64,000 nucleotides of DNA, taken from positions 1 through 64,000 of IMG/VR virus record IMGVR_UViG_3300042988_000771; one strand, 5' to 3'. Both the position numbers and the translations under genes were made by a program. Of this stretch, positions 36,860 to 46,662 are shown piece after piece; the first letter of the stretch is position 1, and each line of letters begins with the position of its first letter. The stretch comes from a virus. The notes under the pieces are model-generated. The model was not told the DNA's origin and did no database searches. It worked only from the letters and a program-made list of their open reading frames with translations.

Positions 36860-36878
36860 AGCGTACTGAGCGGGTCAC
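36860..36878 (-). promoter_or_regulatory. Late promoter motif, fibre operon
   Basis: GTGAC-CCGCTCAG-TACGCT. Confidence 0.55.
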
Positions 36879-36883
36879 ATCAC

Positions 36884-36955
36884 TCAGAAGACTCCGACCA
36901 CGGCGAGGACCAGAAGGATCACCAGCACGATGATGATGATCCCTACGAGGCTCAT
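36884..36955 (-). CDS. 23-aa hydrophobic microprotein
   Basis: MSLVGIIIIVLVILLVLAVVGVF, ATGA-coupled to the upstream microprotein. Confidence 0.55.
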   Translation of the reverse strand: MSLVGIIIIVLVILLVLAVVGVF

Positions 36956-37035
36956 CTTCGCCAGCCGAGCAGCACCAGGATGAGGATGACGACGAGCAGG
37001 ACGGTGTCGATGATCAGCAGTACGTTGTTGTCCAT
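36952..37035 (-). CDS. 27-aa hydrophobic microprotein
   Basis: MDNNVLLIIDTVLLVVILILVLLGWRR with GC-rich third codon positions. Confidence 0.55.
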   Translation of the reverse strand: MDNNVLLIIDTVLLVVILILVLLGWRR

Positions 37036-37060
37036 ACCCACCACAGTCCTCGCATGTGGG

Positions 37061-37097
37061 GCAAAAGGAAAGGCCCCCAGGTTTCCCTAGGGGCCGT
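37061..37097 (-). terminator. Intrinsic terminator ending the replication/middle operon
   Basis: Minus strand reads GGCCCCTAGG-GAAA-CCTGGGGGCC followed by TTTCCTTTT. Confidence 0.75.
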
Positions 37098-37430
37098 CCT
37101 CGGTCAACTAACGGCCAAGGCCGGTCGTCTACCTACTTCCCCACCTACGGGATTTCAGGTCCCGCTGGAGTCCTCGGGCCACGGGGGTCCTGAGGCGCTT
37201 GAGTCCGGTTCCCTCGCAGGTTCCGGTCCGTGGTTCAGCAAGGAGGAATCTAGGTGTCCTCCGCGCTCATGTCAAGCACCCTGTAGGTGATGGAGCCATC
37301 GGGGTTGTTGAACCTCTGGAGGACGTCAGTCGTCTTCAGATTGAGCATCGTGCTCACGGTGACGGTGATCTCCCCACCCGCCTGAGCCACCAGCAGGGTG
37401 ATGGCCCGAACAGCCTCGTAGAACAGATCC

Positions 37431-38138
37431 TCATCGTCCATTGCCACTCCCGTCGATGATGGCGAGGACATCCAGCAGGTACTCCATCGCTCGCTTGACT
37501 GTCGCTGATCCGTCGTCGGTCTTAGCGATCAGTTCGCACTCAGCGATCCACTTCTCCCGCTCGTCACGCTGGCCGTAGCCAACGATCTGACGGGCGATGA
37601 CCCGCAATCCCTCGTCGGTGTAGGTGATGTCCAGACCGATGGTCTGGAGCAGTTGCACCGCGTCGTCGACGGACTGGCAGGCGTCTAGAGCGGCTCGCTC
37701 GTCCCGCACGCCCTGCTCGTAGCGCATATTCCCGTACTCCACGGTGTCGATGCGAGCGGGCGCCCCGTAGTCCTCACCAGCCGGGGCCACGCTGGTTTCG
37801 GAACCGATGGGGGCGGTGGCGTGAGGAGTTGACGCCTCACCATCGGGGGAGGTCTCTGGGTGGCAGTTGCAGGAGCCACCAGATAGGAAGGTGCAGTCCG
37901 TACCGTGGATTCCGCCACCCGCAGCGATGGCGTCACGCTGGCCCTGCTCCTCGCCGTCTGCGTACCCATCGGCGTAGGCCTGCGCCCAGTTCACGGTGAG
38001 GTTCTTGCCTTCCTTGATGCCACGTCGCTCGGCCTCCGCGACGGCGGCAACGTGGTCGGCGTAGGTGACGTAGCGGCCACCAATCGACGGTTCCATGCGC
38101 CCGACCACGCTTACCTGCGTCCACCGCTGGATGCTCAT
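37431..38138 (-). CDS. Hypothetical protein with G.RDE/RDA repeats
   Basis: Start MSIQRW. Contains EQGQRDA, EQGVRDE and YGQRDE. Confidence 0.5.
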   Translation of the reverse strand: MSIQRWTQVSVVGRMEPSIGGRYVTYADHVAAVAEAERRGIKEGKNLTVNWAQAYADGYADGEEQGQRDAIAAGGGIHGTDCTFLSGGSCNCHPETSPDGEASTPHATAPIGSETSVAPAGEDYGAPARIDTVEYGNMRYEQGVRDERAALDACQSVDDAVQLLQTIGLDITYTDEGLRVIARQIVGYGQRDEREKWIAECELIAKTDDGSATVKRAMEYLLDVLAIIDGSGNGR

Positions 38139-38957
38139 GGTGTCTCCTCCCCGTCGATGACAGCGAGGATGCCATCTACTGACGTGACAGCCGTCAGGTG
38201 CGCCCACTTGTCACCGGGGTCTGCCCAAGTGACGTGGATGACCTTCAACCCCTCCACCGCCTTGCGGATACGGTCCTGCTCGGATTCGACAGCGACCTTG
38301 ATGTGACCCGGCTCACCCCACCCGTCGTCCATCGCCTCGCCGTACCCACGGTCGCGTGCCAGGCGAAGCCGGTCGCAGATGCAGACGCCGCTCACGATGA
38401 CGGTTTCGGCTAGGAAGCACTCGGGCAGATGCTCAGCCATTGAGAGCCTTCACGTTGATGTCGGGATGGACGTAGACCGGCCACTTGCGACGGTCGGTCT
38501 CGTTGCCCTCGTCGTCCACGTAGATCCGCGCCATCCACTCCAGCCGGTACCGGATGACAGGGAACTCGGCCAAGGGAGTCTCCTCAGCGGTGAGGAAGGC
38601 AGCAGGCGGCAGCATTCCCGGCTCCATGTACTCCTGCGGAAGCGGATCGGGGACGTTGTACTCCTCGCCATCCCTATGACCGCCGAAGATGGTGACCCTA
38701 GTCATGGACGTGCCCGACGTCCACGGCCTCCTCGTGGACATGGTCGTCAGCGCGGTGGATCTCGTAGACCCGCTTGGTGACCATGACGTCCCCGTTGTGG
38801 AGCATCAGCTGACCGGCGATCTTCCCGCCGTCTACGGGCACCCGCACGTAGAGGGTGATGATCACGCCGTTGGGGCTGATCAGGATCTCGGCCACATCGT
38901 TGGGGTCGACCTCGGCCTCAAGGATGAGGGCGTTGATGGTGTCGAACTCGATCATGT

Positions 38958-39362
38958 TCATAGCGAATCCGCCCTTCTGGCGTCTGCGAGGAGTGCTTCC
39001 TGGGTGAGTCGTCGGGAACCGAGGTCAGCGCACTTGCGAGCAAGCTCGATGAAGGCCTTCAGTTCCCCTGTCCTGAACTTATAGAGCGGCGAGCCACGGT
39101 GGACCAGCCCCTCGCGCTCGGCCGCGTGGATGCGCATGTCGATCTCCTGCGCTCGGGCGTAGTAGGCCGTAGCGACCTCCATCATGGCGAGGTAGGGCGA
39201 GTCAATGGGCGAGGGCTCGCGGCCCAGCAGGATGTCCACGTAGCCCTGCAACTCGGCCCACAGGTGCTCCACGGAGTCCAGGCCGATCTCGACCTCGACG
39301 CTGGACAGCGTCCTGCCGAACTGGACGTCCGTGGAGCTGGCACGCCGGATGCGAACGCTCAC
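38958..39362 (-). CDS. Hypothetical helical protein
   Basis: GTGA-coupled to the Cas4-like gene. Confidence 0.55.
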   Translation of the reverse strand: MSVRIRRASSTDVQFGRTLSSVEVEIGLDSVEHLWAELQGYVDILLGREPSPIDSPYLAMMEVATAYYARAQEIDMRIHAAEREGLVHRGSPLYKFRTGELKAFIELARKCADLGSRRLTQEALLADARRADSL

Positions 39363-40129
39363 TCCTTCCCCCTCGGGAAGATCTTGATCTTCAGGCAGGA
39401 GTCCTTGAACGGGCAGTTGCGGAAGGGACCGACCGGAGACATCGCCGCGCACTCAGGCAGGACGGGCGGCAGCTTCTTGTTGTCCAGGTACTCGTTCAGC
39501 CGCTCGATGGACTCGCGGACGTCCCTGATCGTCTTCTCGTTGCGGGGGACGAGGAACTCCCGCCACTCCTGGGTGTCCTTGTTCTCGTAGACGATGGAGA
39601 AGTGGTCCAGGCCCCCGAGGTACATGTAGTGATGGACCTGGAAGTCGTGCATGTCCTTCGGGCCGTAGGTGTTGACCGACCCGAAGCCACGGGAGTTGAT
39701 GCTCTTGAGCTCGAACCCGCCGTCGTCATGGCAGATCCCGTCCATCGTGCCACCGGCCCGCAGGTCGTCCCGGTCCACCGGGACCTCGGCCACCTTGAGC
39801 CAGCCCGCCGTCAGGCCCTGCATCTGCCACTTGAGGTGGATGAAGTGGCCCGTGGCGAAGATGGCGGCGAGGTCGGGGGTGATCTTCTCCATCTTCGGGA
39901 CACCTGCCATGGCGAGCACCTGCCTGCGGGTGCACTGACCCGCCGAGGATGCGCGGAACATGCGCTTGCGCAGCCGCTGGGAGCCGGACTTGCCTGCCAA
40001 CTGCGTGGCGGCGAACTCCTGGGCTGCCTTGGAGTAGTGCGGCTCGGGGTTGGCAGTCATCCACTCCTCGTGCATGACCGTGATGGGCAGGCCCTTCTGG
40101 ACCGCCGCGATCTGGCTCTTGAGACTCAC
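39359..40129 (-). CDS. Cas4/RecB-like PD-(D/E)XK exonuclease
   Basis: RASSAGQC.R, GTMDG, FELKS, QVHHY and C-terminal C...CPF...C. Confidence 0.8.
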   Translation of the reverse strand: MSLKSQIAAVQKGLPITVMHEEWMTANPEPHYSKAAQEFAATQLAGKSGSQRLRKRMFRASSAGQCTRRQVLAMAGVPKMEKITPDLAAIFATGHFIHLKWQMQGLTAGWLKVAEVPVDRDDLRAGGTMDGICHDDGGFELKSINSRGFGSVNTYGPKDMHDFQVHHYMYLGGLDHFSIVYENKDTQEWREFLVPRNEKTIRDVRESIERLNEYLDNKKLPPVLPECAAMSPVGPFRNCPFKDSCLKIKIFPRGKE

Positions 40130-40531
40130 ATCTGCTCCTCGTACGGCTCGGTGTAGGTCCAGCGGATCTCCCACGTCGGCTCAGCGTCGTCAGGCCAGCC
40201 TTCCTTGGCCTTTGTCTTCTCGAACGACTTGCGTAGGGTCCCCATGAAGATGCCCACGATGTCCACCGCCGCCCGGTTGAGCGCCGCGTCAGTGAACAAG
40301 GTGTGGTCGCCCCACGTCCTCGGCATGCGGCTCATGCCCGGCACGCGTTCCCGCGGTCGATGAGCTGCCGGGACAACTCGGAGACGTAGCCCTCCCACGC
40401 GGGCGGCGTGTCGGCCGGATCAAGGTTGATGAGCATGGTCGCCAGCGCGAAGGCATCGGTCGCGTCCATCTCCATGACGACCCTCTTGGACTGCGTGCTC
40501 GGAGTCATCGTCAGGGCGGTGTAGATCTGGA

Positions 40532-40867
40532 TCATGAGGCCCTCCTCGGGTACTTGGCGGACAGGTACTGGTCGGACCCGTCGTAGACGATCTGGCCGTT
40601 CTCAGTGGTGATGTAACCGTCGATGAGGACATCGCCCTTGTAGGCATCCCCGCCATCAGCGCACTCATGGCAGCGAGGGCACAGCGCGATGAGGTGGTAG
40701 GTCTCGTTGATGGAGTCGAGGATGCGTCCTCCACGGGCCTTGGTCAACGCGTGGTGAACCTCCACGGGTCCGAGCCCGCATCTAGTCCAAGCGTCGGAGC
40801 CTTCGATGTAGACCATCGCCTCACAGTGTCCGTTGGCCCTCTGACGGACCAGTTCGATGTTCTTCAC
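40532..40867 (-). CDS. HNH endonuclease
   Basis: CE...C...EVHH...RGG...LIALCPRCH. Confidence 0.72.
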   Translation of the reverse strand: MKNIELVRQRANGHCEAMVYIEGSDAWTRCGLGPVEVHHALTKARGGRILDSINETYHLIALCPRCHECADGGDAYKGDVLIDGYITTENGQIVYDGSDQYLSAKYPRRAS

Positions 40868-43542
40868 CGGCCCTCCAGGAGATCGTCCAGCGCCCCGGCC
40901 TCGTGCAGCTTGCCGATGACCCCGATCTGGAGGTCGCCGTCCTCCAAGTAGGGGCCGGACCCGCTGACCTTGGTCAGGCGGCACAGTTCCTCCATCGAGG
41001 TGAACCCCTCGGCAGGGCGGGCAGCGGTGATCTTGTCCGCCGTCTTCGGGCCGATGCCCTTGATCGACCCCAGCCCCTTGCGGATGGCGTTCGTCCTCTT
41101 GTCCACGGTGTAGGACGAGCCGGAGATGTTGACGTCCGCACGGCGCAGGCTGATGCCCCGCTCGCGGGCGTTGCGGAGGTAGATCTGCTCCTTGGTCTCC
41201 CGCTCCCCCTTGCGCTTCTGGCTGCCCTCAGCGACCTTCAGCAGGGCGGCGAAGAACTCCACGGGGTGGTGGGTGGCGAGGTAGGCGCAGCGGTAGGCGG
41301 TCAGCCCGTAGGCCGTGGAGTGGGCCTGGTTGAACCCGTAAGCGGCGAAGCCCTCGATGGCCTCCCACAGCCAGTCCCAGTCCTTGCTGGTGAAGCCCTC
41401 GTCGATGGCCATGTCCCGCACCTGCGCCCGGTAGCCCTCGATCACCTTGCCCGCGTCCCCGATGGACTCGTTCGACGCCTTGACCGCCTTCAGGAAGGCG
41501 GTGAGGTCGTCGGCGCCCATCCCCAGGTCGCGCAGGATGGAGATGACCTGCTCCTGGAAGAGCATGATCCCGTAGGTCTTGAGGGTGTGGCGTTCGATGA
41601 TCTCGTGGCGCTTGGGCACCTCCCACTCGCCCTTGCGCCGGGAGATGTAGTCGTCCGTGGCACCGGAGTTCATCGTGGCCGGGCGGAACAGCGCCATGGC
41701 CGCGACGATGTCGGCGATCTTGGTGGGCTTGAGACGACGGCAGCCCTTGGCGGCCGTGTAGCCCTCCAGCTGGAAGACGCCCGCGGTGTCGCCGCGGCTG
41801 ATGGCTGCGTACGTCTTGGGGTCCGACAGCGGAATCCAGTCCAGCCCCGCGTAGATGTCCCGGCCGAGGTTGTCCATGCACTCGTGCAGCACGGACAGCG
41901 TCTTGAGGCCGAGGACGTCCAGCTTGACCAGCCCAAGTGCTTCGACGTCCTTCATCTCGTACTGGGTGACGATGGTGTCGCTGGACGCCACCTTCATCAG
42001 CGGGACGAGGTTGTTCAGCTCCGCTTCGGTGGTGGTGATGACAAGACCCGCCGCATGAGTCCCATACGCGCTAAACGGCGCGATGTCGGCGATGGCCTGG
42101 AGGTGTGCCTTGTCTGCCTCAGGGACTTCAGACCAAGCGCCAACAGGGCTGCCAGCCCGAGACTGAGCAGCGTAGTACTTGACGCGAAGGCTGCCCTTTG
42201 CCCCGTCGTCATCCTCGTCTTCTCCATGAAGGCTGTACTCCTGCCATGTGCCGATCTGCGTGACCGAGAACCGACCGCGCAGGTAGGTGATCAACTCCTT
42301 GCGTCGGGAGTGCTCCACATCCAAGTCGATGTCCGGGGGCTTTGTCCTGTCACGCGAGATGAACCTCTCGAACGACAGCCCCCACTTGAGCGGGTCGAAC
42401 TGCGTGATGCCCAGCAGCCAGCAGGCCATGGACCCCGAGGCCGACCCGCGCGCCTGGTAGAACACCTTGTTGATCCGGCACCAGTCGGTGACCTCCTTGA
42501 CCAGCAGGAGGTAGCCCGCCATCCCGGTGTCCTTGATGACCTCCAACTCGCTCGCCAGACGCGCACCGCGCTCGGCCTGCGCCTTGCCGCCGAACTTCAT
42601 GTCCAGCAAGGCGTTGAAGCAGGTCGCCTCCAACTCCTTGTCGGGGTCGTCGACGGTGAACGGGATGTTGTAGTGGTAGGTGTCTAACTCGGGAATGGCA
42701 AGGTCATGGGCTCCCAGGAGGTCTGCAAGTCCCTCGGCGCCGTAGGCGTATCGGGCAGCATCGTGGCGATCTGCGAACCAGAGCGCGTCGGCAAGTCCAA
42801 AGCCGTCTCCTGGAAACGTGGCGTCGTCGGGGTCAGGTCCGAACGAAACAAGTCGCTTGAGCGCATTGTGAATCTCCTGATCGTCATGCTCGCAGTAGTG
42901 CGAGTCCTGGGTGAGAACGGCTGGTATGCCCAGCCCGTAAGACATCTGGAACAACTGCTCGGCAAGGTCGTTGTCGTTCCAGCCGTCGCCGTGGTCGATG
43001 TTGTGGTTCTGCAACTCCACGTAGAACTTGTCGAACCAGCCGTTATAGGCCTTCATCAACTGCATGGAGTGCTTGAAGTCGCCCGTGACGATGCCCTGAG
43101 CGATGAAGCCGAAGTAGCAGCCGGAAGTGGCGGCGATGCCCTTGAGCAGCCCCGCCTCGCTCAACTCCGCCATGTCGGCGTGGTCGATGACCGGCTTGTT
43201 GTAGAAGTTGCGGTGCGTCTGGCTGCTGAGTCGAACGAGGTTCTTGTAACCCTCGGTCGTGTAGGCCACGACGCACATGTGGTGGCGCTTGGCCTTCTTG
43301 TCGTTGCGGTCGTGCACGACGTACAACTCGGAGCCGGGGAAGGGCTTGATGCCCGCGGCCTTGCAGTGCTTGTAGAGCTGGATGGTCCCCGCCATATTGC
43401 CGTGGTCCGTCAAGCCAAGGGCGGGCTGCCCGTAGCGAGCGACGGTCTTGACCATGTCCTTAACGTCGGGCAGCGCGTCGCCAGCGGAGAAGCGCGAGTG
43501 CGAGTGAAGGTTCCAGATGCTGCTGCTGCGCTTGATCCTCAC
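40864..43542 (-). CDS. dnaE: DNA polymerase III alpha subunit, phage type
   Basis: LHSHS.FS..D and TDHG (PHP domain), RGSASGS, FERF, PDIDLD, HAAG, KLDVLGL, GVFQLE, YGFNQAH. No C-terminal OB domain is evident. Confidence 0.93.
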   Translation of the reverse strand: MRIKRSSSIWNLHSHSRFSAGDALPDVKDMVKTVARYGQPALGLTDHGNMAGTIQLYKHCKAAGIKPFPGSELYVVHDRNDKKAKRHHMCVVAYTTEGYKNLVRLSSQTHRNFYNKPVIDHADMAELSEAGLLKGIAATSGCYFGFIAQGIVTGDFKHSMQLMKAYNGWFDKFYVELQNHNIDHGDGWNDNDLAEQLFQMSYGLGIPAVLTQDSHYCEHDDQEIHNALKRLVSFGPDPDDATFPGDGFGLADALWFADRHDAARYAYGAEGLADLLGAHDLAIPELDTYHYNIPFTVDDPDKELEATCFNALLDMKFGGKAQAERGARLASELEVIKDTGMAGYLLLVKEVTDWCRINKVFYQARGSASGSMACWLLGITQFDPLKWGLSFERFISRDRTKPPDIDLDVEHSRRKELITYLRGRFSVTQIGTWQEYSLHGEDEDDDGAKGSLRVKYYAAQSRAGSPVGAWSEVPEADKAHLQAIADIAPFSAYGTHAAGLVITTTEAELNNLVPLMKVASSDTIVTQYEMKDVEALGLVKLDVLGLKTLSVLHECMDNLGRDIYAGLDWIPLSDPKTYAAISRGDTAGVFQLEGYTAAKGCRRLKPTKIADIVAAMALFRPATMNSGATDDYISRRKGEWEVPKRHEIIERHTLKTYGIMLFQEQVISILRDLGMGADDLTAFLKAVKASNESIGDAGKVIEGYRAQVRDMAIDEGFTSKDWDWLWEAIEGFAAYGFNQAHSTAYGLTAYRCAYLATHHPVEFFAALLKVAEGSQKRKGERETKEQIYLRNARERGISLRRADVNISGSSYTVDKRTNAIRKGLGSIKGIGPKTADKITAARPAEGFTSMEELCRLTKVSGSGPYLEDGDLQIGVIGKLHEAGALDDLLEGR

Positions 43543-43868
43543 TTCTTGGACCCCCGCAACTGCCTGGTGTTGAACATGCCCGCCCACTCGGGATGCACGC
43601 GCATCATCTTGCGCGAGTAGTAGGCGGCGAAGTTCTGGTTGATCTTGTACTGGTCGCCCGAGGTGCGCATCATCGACCGCCACCGGAACTGCCCGATGAT
43701 CATCTCGAACCCGCAGCGCTTGACGCCTGCGTCACGTACCTCCGCGCAGATGCGCTCCAACTCCGGGAACACGTGCGGATTCTTGCTGTCGAACTCCTTG
43801 GCGAGCCGCTCCCACTTGGTTGAGCGGTCCTCAGGCTCCTTGCTTCGCTTGACGATGATGACTGCCAT
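43539..43868 (-). CDS. Hypothetical phage protein
   Basis: NPHVF...RW...YKINQNF.AYYSR...P...F..R, preceded by an SD (GGAGG). Confidence 0.6.
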   Translation of the reverse strand: MAVIIVKRSKEPEDRSTKWERLAKEFDSKNPHVFPELERICAEVRDAGVKRCGFEMIIGQFRWRSMMRTSGDQYKINQNFAAYYSRKMMRVHPEWAGMFNTRQLRGSKK

Positions 43869-43956
43869 GTCGTACCTCCGTGCACTGGCCCGACTCGAAC
43901 GGGCAAGCGGCCACCGCACCTTCCCACGGATTGCGGCCCACGCAGCGCTGGTGTTG

Positions 43957-44754
43957 CTAGACCCCTGCCTCATCCAGCAGGAGCCGAATGATGGTCGACT
44001 TCTTCGCCCCAGCGGGGATGTCGACCTCGGCCTTGGCCGCGATGGCCTTCAGCTCGGGGATCGTCATGTCGATGAGGGCATCCTCATCCAGCACCAAGTC
44101 GTCATCCTCTGCGGCAGAGGACTTGGTCTCAGAAGGGATCTCGTCCTCGTCGTCCTTGACGACACGGCGAGCCGAGCGCGGCACGACCTCGTCGCCCTCG
44201 TCGTCCTTCTCGAAGCGGGACGCCTTGGCGGGCTTGGCAGCCTGACCGGGGGCGTTCTCCTCGAAGGACTTCGCCAGGATCTCCTCGATGTCCTTGCCAT
44301 CCTTCAGCAAGGCCTTGATGTTGACCTCGTACTTGTCGTCGGCCTCCACGTCGTAGTCCGTCTCCAGACCCTTGCCCGACCGCATGACGATGTAGTCGCG
44401 GTTGGTGATCGTCCCGTCGTTGCGCTCGGCGCGGGCGAACATGCGCTTCGCGAGGCTGATCGGGATGCGGTGAGGAGCAACGTAGTTGCCCTTGACCACG
44501 TGGACGTTGGTGGCGTACTTGCGGCTGGACCGCTGCACGTCCTCGTCGTCGCTGGTGCAGCCGGGGCACGTGTCCTTGTCCCGCGTGCACGGGAAGGAGC
44601 GGCGGTCGGAGGTGTAGTGCTCGCGGAACTCGATCCAGTCGTCCGTCTCCTGGAGGAAGCGGACCTTCTGCTCGCCGTCCTTGAAGTTGCGGAGGTACAG
44701 GCCGTCGTTGTCGAACTCTTCGGGTGCTTCTGACTTCTTTGTTCCAAAGCGCAT
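43957..44754 (-). CDS. ssDNA-binding protein (gp32-like) with acidic linker and C-terminal Rho-N/HeH-like module
   Basis: LRNFKDGEQKVRFL...H...C...CPGC...R.GKGLETDY, then MTIPELKAIA...KKSTII. Confidence 0.65.
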   Translation of the reverse strand: MRFGTKKSEAPEEFDNDGLYLRNFKDGEQKVRFLQETDDWIEFREHYTSDRRSFPCTRDKDTCPGCTSDDEDVQRSSRKYATNVHVVKGNYVAPHRIPISLAKRMFARAERNDGTITNRDYIVMRSGKGLETDYDVEADDKYEVNIKALLKDGKDIEEILAKSFEENAPGQAAKPAKASRFEKDDEGDEVVPRSARRVVKDDEDEIPSETKSSAAEDDDLVLDEDALIDMTIPELKAIAAKAEVDIPAGAKKSTIIRLLLDEAGV

Positions 44755-44961
44755 TGTGCTCTGCTCTCTACTGGTAGTTGCTGACTGTTTCCACTGTCTG
44801 CTCGATGATCTCGATCAGCTTCTTGTTGACCTGCTCGGCCAGCAGGTCGATATGGGTGTTGACGTCCATGCCCTCGGACACGTCGTCCGAGATGGCCAGA
44901 CGCACCCACGACTTGTCACCCTTGATGGTGACCTCGTGGGTGATGCCGACTTCGATGCGCG

Positions 44962-45438
44962 TCACTTCTTCTTCAACTCCTTGACGATCTCGTCCACGCG
45001 CTTCTGCGCCGCGGCTGCCCCGGCTTCGTCGCCCCGCTCGGTGAGCAGCTTGACCCTGTTCTTCCAGTACCAGGACTTGGAGTACATCCGCGAGCGCCAG
45101 TCCCGCTCGGACTGGGTGTAGCGCGGAGGACGGCCGATCCGCTTGGCCTGCCCGTCGTGCTCGAACACCACGGTCTTGGACTTCATGTAGTTCTGGATGC
45201 TCTTGATGTCCTCGCGGGTGTAGAGGTAGATCTTCACCTTGCCGAACATCGTGTACTTGCTGGGCTGGCATCCCGGCACGTCGTCCGCGATGTACTTGCG
45301 CAGCACGTAGTCGCTCACCCCGCAGGAGGCAGCAGCCTCGCGGAGGAGGAAGTAGTCGCCCGGCAGCGAGCGCACGAAGCGCGTGGCCGGGTCGATGGTC
45401 ACCGTGCGGTCCATGACCTCAGGCGGGGTGATGCTCAT
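44962..45438 (-). CDS. HTH DNA-binding protein (MerR/excisionase-like)
   Basis: LREAAASCGVSDYVLRKY...YLYTREDI. Confidence 0.6.
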   Translation of the reverse strand: MSITPPEVMDRTVTIDPATRFVRSLPGDYFLLREAAASCGVSDYVLRKYIADDVPGCQPSKYTMFGKVKIYLYTREDIKSIQNYMKSKTVVFEHDGQAKRIGRPPRYTQSERDWRSRMYSKSWYWKNRVKLLTERGDEAGAAAAQKRVDEIVKELKKK

Positions 45439-45830
45439 TCGGGGTCTCCCGTGTCCTTGGTCACCCGCACATAGGGCTTGTTCGGGGTGATGGAGATGAA
45501 GGCCGACAGGCTCTCAGGCGAGAGCGGCATTGCCGGGTCCTTGATCGCGGCCTCCAGCAGCTTCTTGTCCACCTTGTAGGTGCACAGGCGCTTGAACACG
45601 CGCTTGCCGAGGTACTTCTCCAAGCCCTTCTCGTCCACGCGCACGGTCTCCCCTGCGACGACGGTGACCTTGTAGTCGTCGCCCCGAACGCAAACGAGGT
45701 CCGACTTGGTCTGGCTGACCAGCATCTCCTGGCACAGCTCGTTCTCGACCTTGTCGAACCTCTCCTTGGCGACCTCCAAGGCCGCCTTTGCGACCTGGTA
45801 CTCGAAGACCAGTTCCTCGTTGATTGCCAT
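45435..45830 (-). CDS. Hypothetical coiled-coil protein
   Basis: N-terminal coiled coil and VDKKLLEAAI motif. Confidence 0.5.
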   Translation of the reverse strand: MAINEELVFEYQVAKAALEVAKERFDKVENELCQEMLVSQTKSDLVCVRGDDYKVTVVAGETVRVDEKGLEKYLGKRVFKRLCTYKVDKKLLEAAIKDPAMPLSPESLSAFISITPNKPYVRVTKDTGDPE

Positions 45831-45840
45831 GAGTGTGACC

Positions 45841-46662
45841 CTACCTTTGAGTAGATGTAGATGCAAGTGTCTTTGCCAAAGTATCCGAACGTGTATCAAG
45901 GTCCATCTCGCCAAGGTCCTTGAAGCGGTCGGACCAGAACAGGCGGCGGGTCAGGACGCCCGCGAGGTTGAGCGCCCACTCCGCCTTGCTGGCGCCCAGA
46001 TGCCCCGCCCTGTCCATGTCGTAGGCGATCCAGACGATGCGTGGGCCCAGCGCCACGATCTGCTTGACCTGCTTGTCGTCCAGCAGCGAGCCGTAGGACC
46101 CAATGGCATCATGCCCTGCCTGCCTGACAGCGCAGACGTCCATCGCGCCCTCCACGAGCACCAGGACGTCGGTCTGCACCAACTCGGGTACGCCGAACAG
46201 CAGCTCGGTCTTGCGTACGCCCTTGGGGTAGCGGTACTTGGGTCCACCGGGGTCGTCGATGTTGCGGTGCACCACGCCCAGCGGCCTGCCGTTCATGGCG
46301 CGGATCGGGTAGCAGGGCTGGTCCTTGAACCCGTCCCAGCCGAGACGGTAGGTGCGGGAGGTCTCCTCCTCGAAGCGGGCGATCCAGTAGTCGTGCACGG
46401 GGCCGGAGTCGAACTGGTCCAGCCACGACTCGGACTTCTCCAGCGACAGGTAGTCCAGCGTCTCCATGGCCTGGTCCAGCAGGAGGTCGACATCGGGGGT
46501 GTAGCCCTGCGTCGTGCCCTTGGCCCCGCAGACCATGCACACCCACTTGCCGGTGTTCACGTTCACCCGCGCCGAGGGGTTGGTGTCGTCGTGCTTGGGA
46601 CAGGTGAACGATCGCCACTGGCCATGCCCCTTGGCCAGCGCCTGGTCCAACGTGATGAGCAT
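45841..46662 (-). CDS. DNA primase (Zn finger plus TOPRIM)
   Basis: CPKHDDTNPS...CMVC, LVEGAMD and YDMDRAG. Confidence 0.85.
   Translation of the reverse strand: MLITLDQALAKGHGQWRSFTCPKHDDTNPSARVNVNTGKWVCMVCGAKGTTQGYTPDVDLLLDQAMETLDYLSLEKSESWLDQFDSGPVHDYWIARFEEETSRTYRLGWDGFKDQPCYPIRAMNGRPLGVVHRNIDDPGGPKYRYPKGVRKTELLFGVPELVQTDVLVLVEGAMDVCAVRQAGHDAIGSYGSLLDDKQVKQIVALGPRIVWIAYDMDRAGHLGASKAEWALNLAGVLTRRLFWSDRFKDLGEMDLDTRSDTLAKTLASTSTQR

Noticed and set aside
39359-40129. Cas4-like gene as evidence of a CRISPR system
   Set aside because: No repeat-spacer array or other cas genes were seen. Solo Cas4-like nucleases are common in phage replication modules.
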